From an uncultured Acetatifactor sp. (GTDB lineage Bacteria; Bacillota; Clostridia; Lachnospirales; Lachnospiraceae): a DNA stretch of 64,000 nt. This document shows, piece after piece, positions 62,853 to 64,000 of the stretch; position 1 is the first letter of the stretch; every line of letters starts with the position of its first letter. Below the pieces are notes generated by a model. It did not search any database. It was not told the origin of the DNA and saw only the letters and a list, made by a program, of their open reading frames with translations. The translations under genes and the position numbers were made by a program. The stretch is taken from NCBI GenBank assembly GCA_910586215.1, contig CAJUGH010000015.1:22253-86252 (forward strand), written 5' to 3'.

Positions 62853-64000
62853 ATGAAGATCATGATGAAAGACGGTTCCATCAGGGAGGCTGGCTTTGAG
62901 GAGGAACTGGGGAGAAATGCATTCAGACACACCACGGCACATATCCTGGCCCAGGCAGTAAAGAGGCTATATCCGGATACCAGATGTGCAATAGGGCCGT
63001 CTGTTGCGGAAGGGTTTTACTATGATTTTGACTTTCGCTTCCGCTTTACGGAAGATCATTTCGCGGAAATTGAAGCAGAAATGAGAAAAATCGTAAAGGA
63101 AAACCTACAGCTGAAGCATTTTCATGCAGGCCGGCAGGAAGCCATGCAGGCCATGGAGGAGAGAAACGAGACCTACAAGATGGAGATACTGAAGGCGCTG
63201 CCGGAAGGGGAAGAAATCAGCTTTTTCAAGCAGGGGGAATATGTGGAGATGTGCGCCGGACCCCATGTGGCATATACAAGTGCCATCAAGGCATTCAAGC
63301 TGTTGTCCGTTGCAGGGGCCTATTGGCAGGGGGACGAGAAGAACCGGATGCTCACCAGGATATATGGGACGTCTTTTCCCAGTGGGAAGATGCTGGAGGA
63401 ATATTTAGACCGGCTGGAAGAAGCAAAGAGAAGGGACCACAGAAAATTGGGAAGGGAACTGGGGCTGTTTGCATTGTCCGAGGAAGGGCCGGGTTTTCCA
63501 TTTTCCTGCCGAAAGGAATGATATTGAAGAACCTGCTGGTTGACTATTGGCGGAAGATCCACGCCAGGGAGGGGTATGTGGAGATCTCCACGCCGGTCAT
63601 ATTGAACCGCCAGCTCTGGGAAACCTCCGGACACTGGGAGCATTATAAGGATAAAATGTTCACAACCATGATTGACGGGGCAGATTATGCCATAAAGCCT
63701 ATGAGTTGCCCGGGCGGTATGCTGGTATATAAAATGGAACCCCGCTCTTACCGTGATTTCCCCATGCGGGTCAGCGAACTGGGACTGATACACAGAAATG
63801 AGAAATCAGGCACACTGCACGGCCTTATGCGCGTCCGCTGCTGTACACAGGATGATGCCCACATTTTCATGACCCAGGAGCAGGTACAGGACGAGATAAA
63901 GGGGGTGGCCCGCCTGATAGATGAGGTGTATACCCATTTTGGATTCCGCTATCATGTGGAGTTGTCCACGAGACCGGAGCATTCCATCGGAAGTGACGCG
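62853..64000 (+). pseudogene. thrS: threonine--tRNA ligase, TGS-less variant, frameshifted (3' end beyond window)
   Basis: HTTAH editing-domain motif, then DHRKLGRELGLF..EEGPGFPF. The frame breaks in the T4 run at 63501-63504, and the ThrRS sequence continues in another frame (FLPKGMILKNLLVDYWRKIH...SCPGGMLVY...) to the window end. Confidence 0.8.

Overview
This is a 64-kb chromosomal segment of a moderately GC-rich Firmicute. Gene content, a T-box leader, Agr-like LytTR systems and the dgt-dnaG-rpoD layout point to Clostridia (Lachnospiraceae/Oscillospiraceae-like); the taxon is an inference. Core genes are a UvrD-type helicase, a solitary tRNA-Leu(CAG), the dgt-dnaG-rpoD-trmK operon, RNase P RNA, pyrBI, recJ and a T-box-controlled thrS. 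Accessory content is interspersed. (1) Two diverged paralogous copies of a four-gene module (LytTR regulator, AgrC-like kinase, two fused ABC exporter genes) lie at 13.2-18.9 kb and 46.9-52.7 kb. Each carries TGACA-core direct repeats phased 21 bp apart in front of its ABC genes. (2) An AT-rich restriction-modification islet holds two C5-methyltransferase genes (one truncated) and an Mrr-type nuclease, wedged between a SUV3-like helicase and the rnpB promoter. (3) A COG0523 GTPase pair has a His/Cys-rich tandem repeat and a multi-hairpin leader. (4) There are three further two-component systems, one with a 60-bp in-frame tandem repeat at the kinase N-terminus. (5) A BlaI-type repressor, a lipoprotein, an ECF sigma, an anti-sigma-like protein and an orphan winged-helix gene form a cluster. 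(6) Several gene remnants are present (Fic, a histidine kinase, DUF2461/XRE, a frameshifted thrS). I saw no CRISPR array, transposase, integrase, rRNA or prophage genes. All family assignments come from motifs read in the translations; no database search was run.
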